A stretch of DNA of 63,859 nucleotides, the filler included, from Octopus bimaculoides (Eukaryota): assembly GCF_001194135.2 (NCBI RefSeq). It is 6 parts of 6 records of this genome, joined end to end, with 100 filler letters (N's around TTAATTAATTAA, not from the genome) between each part and the next. Parts side by side here need not be neighbours in the genome. Positions count along the whole stretch, not along the records: positions 1 to 13,576 come from NC_068996.1; 5 more parts are not named here. One strand, 5' to 3'. Below the pieces are notes generated by a model, which worked only from the letters and a program-made list of their open reading frames with translations, had not been told where the DNA came from and did no database searches. This document shows, in pieces, positions 1 through 12,100 of this stretch. Each line of letters begins with the position of its first letter. Positions within the stretch are counted from its first letter, which is position 1. The translations under genes and the position numbers were made by a program.

Positions 1-116
1 TTCATGTCTATATGTATGTATGAGTATATTCTCTCAACAGTGTAAAAATATAAAAATACTTAATGAGAAACTTAGTTTAATTACGTTCAGTCATCAAAAA
101 ATATAACAGAAGACTA

Positions 117-125
117 ACTTACCTG
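117..125 (-). promoter_or_regulatory. 5' splice donor ending the giant exon
   Basis: Minus strand reads CAG|GTAAGT, a perfect GT-AG donor consensus. Confidence 0.8.
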
Positions 126-3100
126 AGTGTGTTTTAGCAATTTCATCAATAGTTTCGAATGTAATATCATCGGTCCACTCTTGTAATTCTGATTCTTCTT
201 CGCTTTCTTCTCTCTTGGATAGATCCGGATCACTTTGGTAGAGTGGGTTTTCTTTATCCAAGTGAAAACCATCAGCAAACACATTAATATTGTCATCGAA
301 ATCGTCTCCGTCTTTCGGCGAATCGATAACATTTTTGATAAGTAATTTTCCCCTGACGATTCTCAAATCTTCTTCCGCATCGGATGTTGAAACACTTTCC
401 GGTTCTGTGTTCAATTCATAGATTTTATGTGCTTCGATGCTCGATGAATTATTTACAAGAGTGGTCGGTCGTGCCAAGGCTGGTGTGGAAGAATTCTTCT
501 GTACATATTCCATCGTAATAGTCTGTTTGGGCGGCACGTTTGTAGTTTGTGACGGTATCAAAATTGCTTTTTGGTAGTTGACTTGTGGCAAAAACCTATA
601 TTCTGTCGAAGTTTCTACTATTTCTGTTTCACCTTCGGAGCTGACCGTTTCTGTTCCCATTCCTGAATCTACAAAATTTTCGGAATGGTTTTTTTTAACA
701 ACAGTAGGTTCTGGCGGCTTCATCTGAGAATGTAACACATGATTTGAAGATGTTTGTAGTATAGTTGCCTCCGGTTTATTTACATTCGGCATGAACTGGT
801 GATTAATCCTTTTCTGTTTCTTCATTTGATGGTTTTCATTATCGGAGAGTTCATCTCCACTTTCAGATGAATGAGTATCGTTTGTATTATTTTCCATTTT
901 TGTTCGGTTGATTTCACAATAAATAACGTGCTTTATTTGGTTGTGTTCCCCAGTTGATGGTGTTAAACTGACCACTTTATACTGATGATTCGAATCATTA
1001 TCGTCTGGCCTATCCTCAATATGGTTTTCAATTTCCTTCGAAGTTTCTCGATAAATTATCGGAGAAGGTGTTATTGTTGTTTCTAAGCCGTTATCTAACT
1101 TGGAAATATATGCTGGTTCTGAAACTTCAGTGTGCTCTTCTATAAAATTAGATTCCATTTTGGTGTCTACCACTTCTTTTGCTGGTATTGGGCGCAATTC
1201 GCTTTTCACTTTCTCGTATAAAAATTCAGTACTGCCTTCACCTGAACTATTATATAAGGAAGGCCGGGATCTTAATTTAACTGGCTTGCTATTTACATTC
1301 ATGACTGTATCTTTCGGCACCTCAAATGCTTTGATTCTACGGTGTACGTTTCCCTTGATTAAAGCTTCCCTTTTTTGTTCATTTATCGCTATACTTCCAT
1401 CTTCAATGTCGTTTTCTCCGTCATTTAGTGTGGGCGAAAGCAGAAAGCTTTGACGTTGTTCCGATGTCACAAAGCTTTCTACAATAGCTGGACTAGAAAT
1501 TTCAACATTCCTAGACGATGGTGTTTTATAATTTTCAGAAGTTGTCAAACCGGTCTCTGTGTTTGATATGACCGCTTGGGTTGGTTGCTGTGTAATAATT
1601 GAATTTTCCGAAAATGTATTTTGAGCGGTTTGAGCAAGAATATTTGGTTGAGACTCGAGCGTTTCATCGCTAATTAATTTATTCTTTAACGGTTGCATAA
1701 TATTATAGTCAATGACTCCATCGGCTCTGATACGTTTGTTTATTTCACTTGGGCTTTCTACTGTCCACAGGTCATTGTTTTCATTCCTATTGATTTCACT
1801 CGAAGGCAAAGTTTCTACAGGTGTATTAATATGTGCGTGTACATCTTCAGCAGTTTCGAAGTCTTTCTTGACTGGTGAAGCAGCAACCATTTGGTTAGAA
1901 GTTTGTTGAATTTCAGGGGCAACATATTCAGTGCCGTTTTTCACTAAAGGGTTCTTAACAATGAAATAGTCTGCCTCCGATTTATGTTGTAGATGTGAAG
2001 CCCATTCTTCCTCAGGGTATTCTGAGCTTCGTATTTCTTTAATTTCTCGATGTGAGCGCTGCGTCTGATGTTGAACGTCAACCGAGTCGGGAGAAGTTTT
2101 CTCAAATGAACTAAGTGCATTCAAATTCTCAACACGAGACCGATCACCGCTGACATCATGATTCACAACTTCTGAACCGGTTAAGTTTGCTTCAACTACT
2201 GTTCCGGGTCTAGCATCATTGTAACCAGTTAAACTTGCGGCGTCAGCTGGCTTATTGGGTTGAGACGCGAGTGGTTCATTCGCGGTAATAGGAGTCGTCC
2301 AACGAGTTATTTGATCGTTGTTTTTGTTGGCATCAATTGTTTCATGTTCTCTTAGTAATCCGTTTGAATCTTGCAGGTGTCGAGGGTGAACAGTACCGTT
2401 CGTAAGGTATTCAACTGGTTCTGCAGTAGACTTGTCGCTTGTTTTCTTCGTCTCACCGAAAATTGATCGCCCTGATTCGAAAATACGACGGAGGAAATTT
2501 ACTGGTTTTCCGGTCACCACTTGCTCTTTCTCTGTTTCATTCGTGCTTTTGATGACCGTTGGTTCAACTTTCACATTCTCTTCACTGTACTCTTGGGAGG
2601 CAAACTCTCCAAGAAAATTGCTGCCCAGACTACTACAGCTGCTGGAGCTTCTACTGACTGTTGCCGAGCCTGGGTATTTCGCGTTTTGCTCGCCGTTAAA
2701 ATCTCTATTGCTTTCACTCTCTTTCGATGCAGCCAATACAACAGATTCATTTTCTCGCACATTTTCTCCTTGAGTTTTTTCAACTGAACTCAATCCGTAC
2801 ACTAATCTCTCTCCCGTACCCGTGTCGTGTTCTGGGCTAACACTTGTGCTACTTTCTGTTATGACGGTATTTGTAACTGCAGGGTATGTAGATATAGTTC
2901 CATTGCTCTTTGTTATTGTTTTAGCTGCTGCTGTTGCAGTTGAATCACTTCTTATCAGCGGTGTCTGATTACCCTCTGGTGGTTGTTTAAGCCGGGTTAA
3001 CATCTCAGAGTTGGTTGAATAATAGGGAATGTATGAAACACGGTCGAGATTACTGCCAGAATTGTCTTCTTTTAAATGCGTTTCTTCTCCTTCTACTGTC

Positions 3101-6100
3101 CTTCCTTCCTCTTCTTCTTTGTCGTCTTCTTTCTTTTCCTCCCCTTCCTCTTCTTTATTACCAACACTGTCTCCTAAATATGTCCCACTAACCACTACAG
3201 TTTGTATATTTTCAACACTAGTTGGAGTAGAATGTATTTCACTGGCGATTGTCGGCACAATATTATATTCTGCTTCAACTAAAGTAATTTCTTCTCCCAC
3301 CACCACTCCTGTTTCGTCCGATTTTTTTAACACTTTCTGAGTCAAATCTGTTGTAGATGTTTCAATTATTGTCGTAGTGGTTGTTGTTATTGTTGTAGTT
3401 ATTGGTGTTATGTCCGTTGCTATATCTTTTATTACCCCTTTTTCATTGGTGTCAACAGAAGCACATGACTGAACAAACGAAGGAGAGCTTCTGAAGAAGG
3501 TATTGTTACTTTTTGACACGCCTTTCTTTGTTAAGAGGTGTTTCTCTCTTTCTCCTACCTTGTTTACTTCAAGCGCAGAAACTGAACTCAATGTGTTTTC
3601 ATTATCAATTAGTATATTTTCTGAAATCACAATTTCTTTGTCCTTCTCGTCTTCTTTATGTTTTTCTTCTGACATTACCATTACCTCTTCTACTTCGACC
3701 TTTTCTATCTGGCTTTCCTCCTTCTCTAACGACTCCTCTTCTCTTTCTTCTTCTCTCTCTCCTGCTACCACGACTACTTCAGTTGACCCTATCACTACCA
3801 CCTCTTCACTCTCTTTTTCGTCTTTTTCTTGTTCTTTCCTTTCTTCATGGTCTATGTCACGCTCTATTTCTCCGACAATGAGGTCTATTTTTCCACTTGT
3901 ATTTTCATTTGCATTTATTTCTTCCAGTGTTTCCCCACTCGTAACTGCCATTCCAGTCCCAGTTTCCATTTCTCCCTTAACTTCGTTGATATCTTCTGTT
4001 TTTACACTGTAGAAGATTTCAATTTCATCTCTTACATCATTCAAATCGTCAGTTTTTCTATTCGCCTCTGGAGGATCGCTTTCCACTGCACTGGCAATGG
4101 GTGGTTGATTTGCTTTGGGTATTTGTTTTTCTTCGTTCGACATGGAGAGAAACGAACCTTGCTTATAACATTCTGGTAATTCTGTATGGTCGCTTATTAT
4201 CTCGTTACTTCCTTCATTGTTTTCCCTATGCAAAACATACGCCATTACGCTCTCGAATTTATTAGGTATCATATCAGGAACATCTAATGGTAGACTCTCT
4301 GTAAGGCTTATCGTATCCTCTTCGACATTCATACGTTCAGCCTGCTCAGTATTCATCGCCGATGAAGCCTGAAGCCCTTCTTCTTTTTCTATTACAACCT
4401 CGTCATTGCCGGGGATAACAACGGGTTGTACTTCAAAATCAGATGAAATATCCACGGGTGGGTTCATTTCCGAAATAACTTGTATATTTTCCTTTGTTTC
4501 CGAAGAAGGGGCAACTTCATAGCTTATAGGGGTAACTTCGAGATCTTCACCTACTACATCATCTAGTGAAGGAAGCGTTTCTTGTGTGACGGTAGATAGG
4601 CTAACTACCACAGTTTCACCTACGACTTCGTTCTCCACTGAAGGGAGAGCTTCTTGTTTGACGGTTGGTAGGTAAACTTCTACAACTTCATGTATAACTT
4701 CACTGTCCACTGAATGGACAGCTTCTTGAGCGACGGTTGGTACGCTGACTTCCACAACTTCGTGTACAACTACGCTATCCACTGAAGAGACGTCTTCTTG
4801 TGTGACGGTTGGTAGACTAACTTCCACAGCTTCATGTACGACTTCACTGTCCACTGGAGGAACAATTTCTTGTGTGACGGTTGGTAGGCTAACTTCCACA
4901 ACTTCATGTACGACTTCACTTTCCACTGAAGGGACAGCTTCTTGTGTGACGGTTGGTAGGCTAACTTCCACAACTTCATGTACGACTTCGTTCTCCACTG
5001 AAGGGAGAGCTTCTTGTTTGACGGTTGGTAGGTAAACTTCTACAACTTCATGTATAACTTCACTGTCCACTGAATGGACAGCTTCTTGAGCGACGGTTGG
5101 TACGCTGACTTCCACAACTTCGTGTACAACTACGCTATCCACTGAAGAGACATCTTCATGTGTGACGGTTGGTAGACTAACTTCCACAACTTCATGTACG
5201 ACTTCACTGTCCACTGAAGGGAGAGCTTCTTGTGTGACGTTTGGAAGGATAACTTCAACAGAATCCTGTATAACTTCTTTGCTTACTGAAAGGATAGATT
5301 CTTGTGTGTTTAATGGTGGGATAACCTCCACGTACTTGTGTGCAACTTCAGTGTTCAGGGTACTGAATTCTTGTGGCTGAATTAGTGGGGTTAGCGCATA
5401 AAAACTCTGTGCAGTATTACTGGTTACAGAATCAGTATTCTCTTGGACCTTTGTATCGGGAGCAATCTCATTTGTTTTAAGGATAATTTCTTCTGTTTGT
5501 TGAGCCGGAATATTTTTATTTCTTATCTGTGTAATTCGGCTGTTTACAATCCTGAGTCTTTCTTGAACACTGGGTCTACGTGATTGCTCAGTCTTAATAA
5601 TTTCGCCAGTTATTTCAGAGTCATTCAATGAGAGCACATCAGCAACGCTCTTATCTGGGACAAAATTTTCTTCATCTTTTGTAGCAGAAGTAATTTCTTT
5701 AACATCATCAGCATCTTCTTTCTTCACGAAAGTGATAGATTCTTCCGTTTTTTTAAAGAGGGGTTCATCACAAGTTTTCAATATAGTTTCGCTTTTCATT
5801 GCAGGCAAGGTTTCGGCTTCCTTGACTGAAGAAATTTCAGCAAAGTTTGTCAAATCTGTCGATGGGCTAACTTCCACAGTCTCATGCATCTCTCCGTCCT
5901 GCAAAGCAGAAGTTTCTTGTGCTACTGTTAGCGGGCTATTTTCTATAGTCTCATATACAATTTCTTTGTTTACTGAAGGGAGAGTTTCTTGTATGTCTGT
6001 GGGTGGGCTAACTTCCACGGTCTCATGTACAACTTTACTGTCAGGTGAAGGCAGGAATCCTTTAGCTGATGTTACATCAACTGCTCTTTCTCCAATATGT

Positions 6101-9100
6101 TTGTTAACAATTCTGAGTCTTTCTTGAGCAGTTGGTCTGTGTTTCTCATTCACAGTTGCGTTATCTTCTAGGATGTGTGTCTGAGTACCGTTCAACAAAA
6201 TAGTTTCATCGTCTCCTGCATTTCCACCAATATTATGATTCTCTTTCTCTGAATACATGTCATTTTCTTTCTTCCAAGGTTGAAAATTAACATATGTTTC
6301 TGTTTCATCATCCATATATCTTGTTGGCGGCCAGATCTTTGCAAGTTTTCTTACTTTGTGTTTTCTGACAGTCTTCGAAACGTCGAAAATCGACAATTCT
6401 TGTATATTGGGTTTGTTATGAACTTTTTCTGGACGTTGTGCTAAATTTTTTTTCCTGATTTCGGCATCCTCTCTACCAGACGATTCAGTTTCTTCTTTTC
6501 TAATTGGTTTTACAGACTTCTCACTAAGCTCGTTTCCTAGTTCAGCTTCAACTTCAAGCTCTCTATTGGCATCAATTTTATCGGTAATCTGGTTTTCTAT
6601 TTGTTGTTCTACGATTTCGGATTCGCCTGATATTTCTGATGGAATATCTTTTACTATGAATTCTTCATTTCCACTGGTTCTGATTCCATTGCTGTACTCC
6701 TGGTCGGTCACTGGTGACTCTGAAATATTTCTTGAGTACAACTGTGATTCAGTTTTTCCCTCAACTGTGGAAAACTTCCCCAAGGTGATGCTGTTATTGT
6801 TGTTATCGTCGTCGTCGTCGTCGTCGTCATGTATATTGTTGATCTGGCTACTGTTTTGATCGTTAACGACATTACTGTCGTTGATAGTTTCCACCTTTCT
6901 ATTCACCTCAACAACAAGCACCTCTTCTGTCATATCTTCTCCGCGAACATAATTATCCGTTTTTGTTTCAATGACACCTTTTATATCGTTGTTGTTGCTG
7001 TAGAGATCATTGTTGTTGTTGTTTTTAATGTCGATATTACGGTTGTCGTTGTTGGTGATCGTATTAATTATTTCGTAACTGCTATTCTCGTCGCTTTCGT
7101 TCCGGATGTTGTCGTTAATTTTAGACATCGATTCCAATCTACATTGCTGCTCAGGAAACATTATATCTGATGTGATCGTAGTTTGAAAACCAGTCGACGG
7201 TAGCAGTAGAGACTCTTCTGTTTGTTGTTGCTTGACGTTAATGAGACGTTCAGAAACCAGCCCCACTTCCTCAGCTTCGGACGTATTAAATGATGTGTCC
7301 GATATATTTGTCAGTATATTTGGCTCTGTTTTATAAATAGTGTCTCCACTTTGCATAGCATTGTCTGAAGTAGAATAGAGAGGAACGGAGGCCACATCTA
7401 CGTTGATGAAAGTATTTTCTGTTATCTCTGTTTGCTGTTTTTGCTGCAGTTCATCGTTGAGTAGTTCTTTCTTTTCTTCCCCTGTTTTCAGTTCTTTTTC
7501 CTCTCGTTGTACTTCGTTTTGCTTGTTCTGTACACGAAATATCTGATTCAAATTACTTTCTACTGGTCTGTATCCTATTGGTTTCGTTCCGATTGTATGC
7601 ACCCAAGAAGTATCTGATATTTCTCCGCCATTTATAGAGTGGGCTTTATTTTGATGCAAGTCATCTTTGTCGTAGATGCACGTAGAAAATATCTTCTGCA
7701 ATTCCTTCACACGGCCTCGTTTGATGCTCTGTTTCATTGTCTTGTACATGTCGTCGCTTAAGTGCTGGACTACGTGGTTAGCATCTTGATATATAATTGT
7801 GAAATTTCCGTTCACACTGCTGCTATCTCCTTCAACACTCGCTGTCGGTGGCATTGCACGAGAATGTGACGACAGCGTGGTATGAGACGAGGTAGGGGAA
7901 GAGGAAGTCTCTGTCGACTGTGTCGATGGTGACGAAGAGAAGAAATGGGAAGTTGTCGGGGATGTCGACGATTGTGTTAGCAGAGGTGTTTCTCTTTCAG
8001 GCTGCATCGGCGACATCGTTTCAGGTGGTGTCGGTGGCGATGAGTGCAAAGTTTGTGTAGAAGGTGATTGTGAGAGAGGCAAAGTAGCAGACGAATTAAG
8101 GGACGAAACCTCAGATAGTGTCATGGGTGATTCTGCAGACACTACCATAGATGAGTCCAGAAATGATTCCACAGATTGTGTCACTGATGGTGCCAAAGAC
8201 AGTTCCAGTGCTGGTACTAGGGGCGGTACCTCACATAATTTTGGAGATTGCGGTTCAGACACTGCAACAGTTGGTCTTACAGATAGTTCCTCAACTGGGT
8301 TTAAAGAGATAGGCTCAAGCAATGCATTAGATTGCAGCACAGTCAATTCCTTAGCCTGTACTTCAGATTGTGAATAAGACTGTGGTGCCTCGGTCTGTTT
8401 GTTTTCCAATGGCGTAGATGGTACCTCCAGCATTTTCTCATCCAGTGTCACAGATGCTACCTCAGGCAACTTTTCATCTAATATCACAGATGGCACCTCA
8501 GGGAGTTTATCTCCCAATGTCACAGATGGTACCTCAGGAGGTTTATCTCCCAATGTCACAGATTGTAACTCAGGGAGTTTGTCTCCTAAAGTGACTACTG
8601 GCACCTCAGACAATTTATCTCCTAATGTCACATATGGTACATCGGACAGTTCGTCTCCAAATGTGGGAGATTGTATATCATGTAGTTCCTCATCCAATGT
8701 TACAGACGGTACCTCCCGCAATTTCTCATCCAGTGTCACAGAGGGTACCTCAGGAAGTTTATCTCCCAATGTAACAGATGGCACATCGGGCAGTTTGTCT
8801 CCCAATGTCATAGATGGTACATCAGGAAGTTTCTCGCTCAATGACACAGAGGATACCTCAGGAAGTTTGTCACCTAATGTTACAGCTGAAACATCGGGCA
8901 GTTTGTCTCCCGTTGTGACAGCTGCAACGTCAGGCAGTTTATCTTCCAGTGTCACAGATGATACCTTTGGCAGTTTGTCATCTAATGTCGCTGAGGGTAC
9001 CTCAGGCAGTTTCTCATCTAATGTCACTGATGGTACCTCAGGTAGTTTTTCACTCAATGTAACAGATGGTACCTCAGGCAGTTTCTCATCTAATGTCACT

Positions 9101-12100
9101 GATGGTACCTCAGGTACTTTTTCACTCAATGTAACAGATCGTACCTCAGGCAATTTCTCATCTAATGTCACTGATGGTACCTCAGGCAGTTTCTCATCTA
9201 ATGTCACTGATGGTATCTCAGGTAGTTTTTGACTCAATGTAACAGATGGTACCTCAGGCAATTTCTCATCTAACGTCACTGATAGTACCTCAGGCAGTTT
9301 CTCATCTAATGTCACTGATGGTACCTCAGGCAGTTTCTCATCTAATGTCACTGATGGTATCTCAGGTAGTTTTTCACTCAATGTAACAGATGGTACCTCA
9401 GGTNNNNNNNNNNNNNNNNNNNNNNNNNNNNNNNNNNNNNNNNNNNNNNNNNNNNNNNNNNNNNNNNNNNNNNNNNNNNNNNNNNNNNNNNNNNNNNNNN
9501 NNNNNNNNNNNNNNNNNNNNNNNNNNNNNNNNNNNNNNNNNNNNNNNNNNNNNNNNNNNNNNNNNNNNNNNNNNNNNNNNNNNNNNNNNNNNNNNNNNNN
9601 NNNNNNNNNNNNNNNNNNNNNNNNNNNNNNNNNNNNNNNNNNNNNNNNNNNNNNNNNNNNNNNNNNNNNNNNNNNNNNNNNNNNNNNNNNNNNNNNNNNN
9701 NNNNNNNNNNNNNNNNNNNNNNNNNNNNNNNNNNNNNNNNNNNNNNNNNNNNNNNNNNNNNNNNNNNNNNNNNNNNNNNNNNNNNNNNNNNNNNNNNNNN
9801 NNNNNNNNNNNNNNNNNNNNNNNNNNNNNNNNNNNNNNNNNNNNNNNNNNNNNNNNNNNNNNNNNNNNNNNNNNNNNNNNNNNNNNNNNNNNNNNNNNNN
9901 NNNNNNNNNNNNNNNNNNNNNNNNNNNNNNNNNNNNNNNNNNNNNNNNNNNNNNNNNNNNNNNNNNNNNNNNNNNNNNNNNNNNNNNNNNNNNNNNNNNN
10001 NNNNNNNNNNNNNNNNNNNNNNNNNNNNNNNNNNNNNNNNNNNNNNNNNNNNNNNNNNNNNNNNNNNNNNNNNNNNNNNNNNNNNNNNNNNNNNNNNNNN
10101 NNNNNNNNNNNNNNNNNNNNNNNNNNNNNNNNNNNNNNNNNNNNNNNNNNNNNNNNNNNNNNNNNNNNNNNNNNNNNNNNNNNNNNNNNNNNNNNNNNNN
10201 NNNNNNNNNNNNNNNNNNNNNNNNNNNNNNNNNNNNNNNNNNNNNNNNNNNNNNNNNNNNNNNNNNNAATGTCAATGATGGTACCTCAGGTAGTTTTTCA
10301 CTCAATGTAACAGATGGTACCTCAGGCAATTTCTCATCTAATGTCACTGATAGTACCTCAGGCAGTTTCTCATCTAATGTCACTGATGGTACCTCAGACA
10401 GTTTCTCATCTAATGTCACTGATGGTACCTCAGGTAGTTTTTCACTCAATGTAACAGATGGTACCTCAGGTAGTTTTTCACTCAATGTAACAGATGGTAC
10501 CTCAGGCAGTTTCTCATCTAATGTCACTGATGGTACCTCATGTAGTTTTTCACTCAATGTTATAGATGGTACCTCAGGCAATTTCTCATCTAATGTCATT
10601 GATGGTACCTCAGGCAGTTTCTCATCTAATGTCACTGATGGTATTTCAGGTAGTTTTTCACTCAATGTAACAGATGGTACCTCAGGCAGTTTCTCATCTA
10701 ATGTCACTGATGGTACCTCATGTAGTTTTTCACTCAATGTAATAGATGGTACCTCAGGCAGTTTCTCATTTAATGTCACTAATAGTACCTCAGGCAGTTT
10801 CTCATCTAATGTCACTGATGGTACCTCAGGCAGTTTCTCATCTAATGTCACTGATGGTACCTCAGGTAGTTTTTCAGTCAATGTTACAGATGGTACCTCA
10901 GGCAATTTCTCATCTAATGTCACTGAGGGTACCTCAGGTAGTTTTTCACTCAATGTGATGGATGGTACCTCAGGCAGTTTCTTATCTGGTGTGACAGATG
11001 GCACCTCATGCAATGTCACCGATGTTTCCTTCTTTAATACATCAGGTTGTATTGTATCCAGTGTCAAAGAGGATGCTGTGGTTATTATTTCAGTTTGAGG
11101 TGGGGAAGGTGCCGCGGACAATGATGGAGATAATTCTACTGACGATATTGATTGTGGAATGGAAGACGAAGATAGTGTATGCTGTGTGTATAAAGGTGTA
11201 GAAGTTGGTTCTTGAGATTGTAACTGCTGGTGAGCGTGTCTGGGAGAGGATTTTGCAATTTGCGAGGGTAATAAAGGAAGTGAGGAGTCGGTGCGAAGAG
11301 TTGGTGGGATTGTGGAATTGGTGGTTGTTGAATTCGTTGATTGTAATTGCGGCAATGACTCTGACGAAAGCTTCGCTGTTGACTTCGGTTTACCCAGAAA
11401 TAATTGTGAAAATTTCTTGAAGGGTTGTTGTAATGGCTTCGAATATGGCTTTGGAAGAAACGCACCCCATTTCGAAAATTCTGGCTGACGTATAATATTT
11501 GGAGCAACAATGTCTGGGATATCTTTTTTATTTTCAGTGTTATCAGTATTATCATTCTTACTATCCAATTTAGCTTCCGAAGATAATGGATCTGACGAAT
11601 TATTACCTTCTGGCTTTGGCTCTTCCTTTTCCTTGTCTAATAGTTTCTCTTCAGCGTAAGAGGAATTGGAAGGAAGAGAAGTAGCAGAAGGGAAAGATTG
11701 AGAGGAAACGTTGTCCTTTTTGTCTGGGAGAACCTTATCTTCGTTAGAGAGCAACGTGGATTCGTGCTTTCCAGCATGAGATGATGACTCTTCGGAACTG
11801 TACATATCTATTGTAGTCAAATCAGGTTTTTCACAGAGTTGGTCTGATGTCACATGAGGGACCTCTTTATTTTCCGCCATAGTTGAACTACTTTGAATAT
11901 GGTTTAACAGAGACAGTGGCTTTTCTGCAGTTCCAGACACATCACATTCTTGTTCATCATTCTTTTCTGTGTATGCACCAATCAGATCTTTTTCTCTTTG
12001 TGAATTACCATTTCTTACAAATGCATTTTCATCATCGGAAGAAGCATGGTTATTTATAGACTCTTCAGTTTCTATTTTTTGTTCTTTTTCATCTTCTTCA

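Noticed and set aside
94-122. C-terminal KLVFCYIF* as the true end of the giant protein
   Set aside because: A perfect CAG|GTAAGT donor precedes it; most likely intron read-through.
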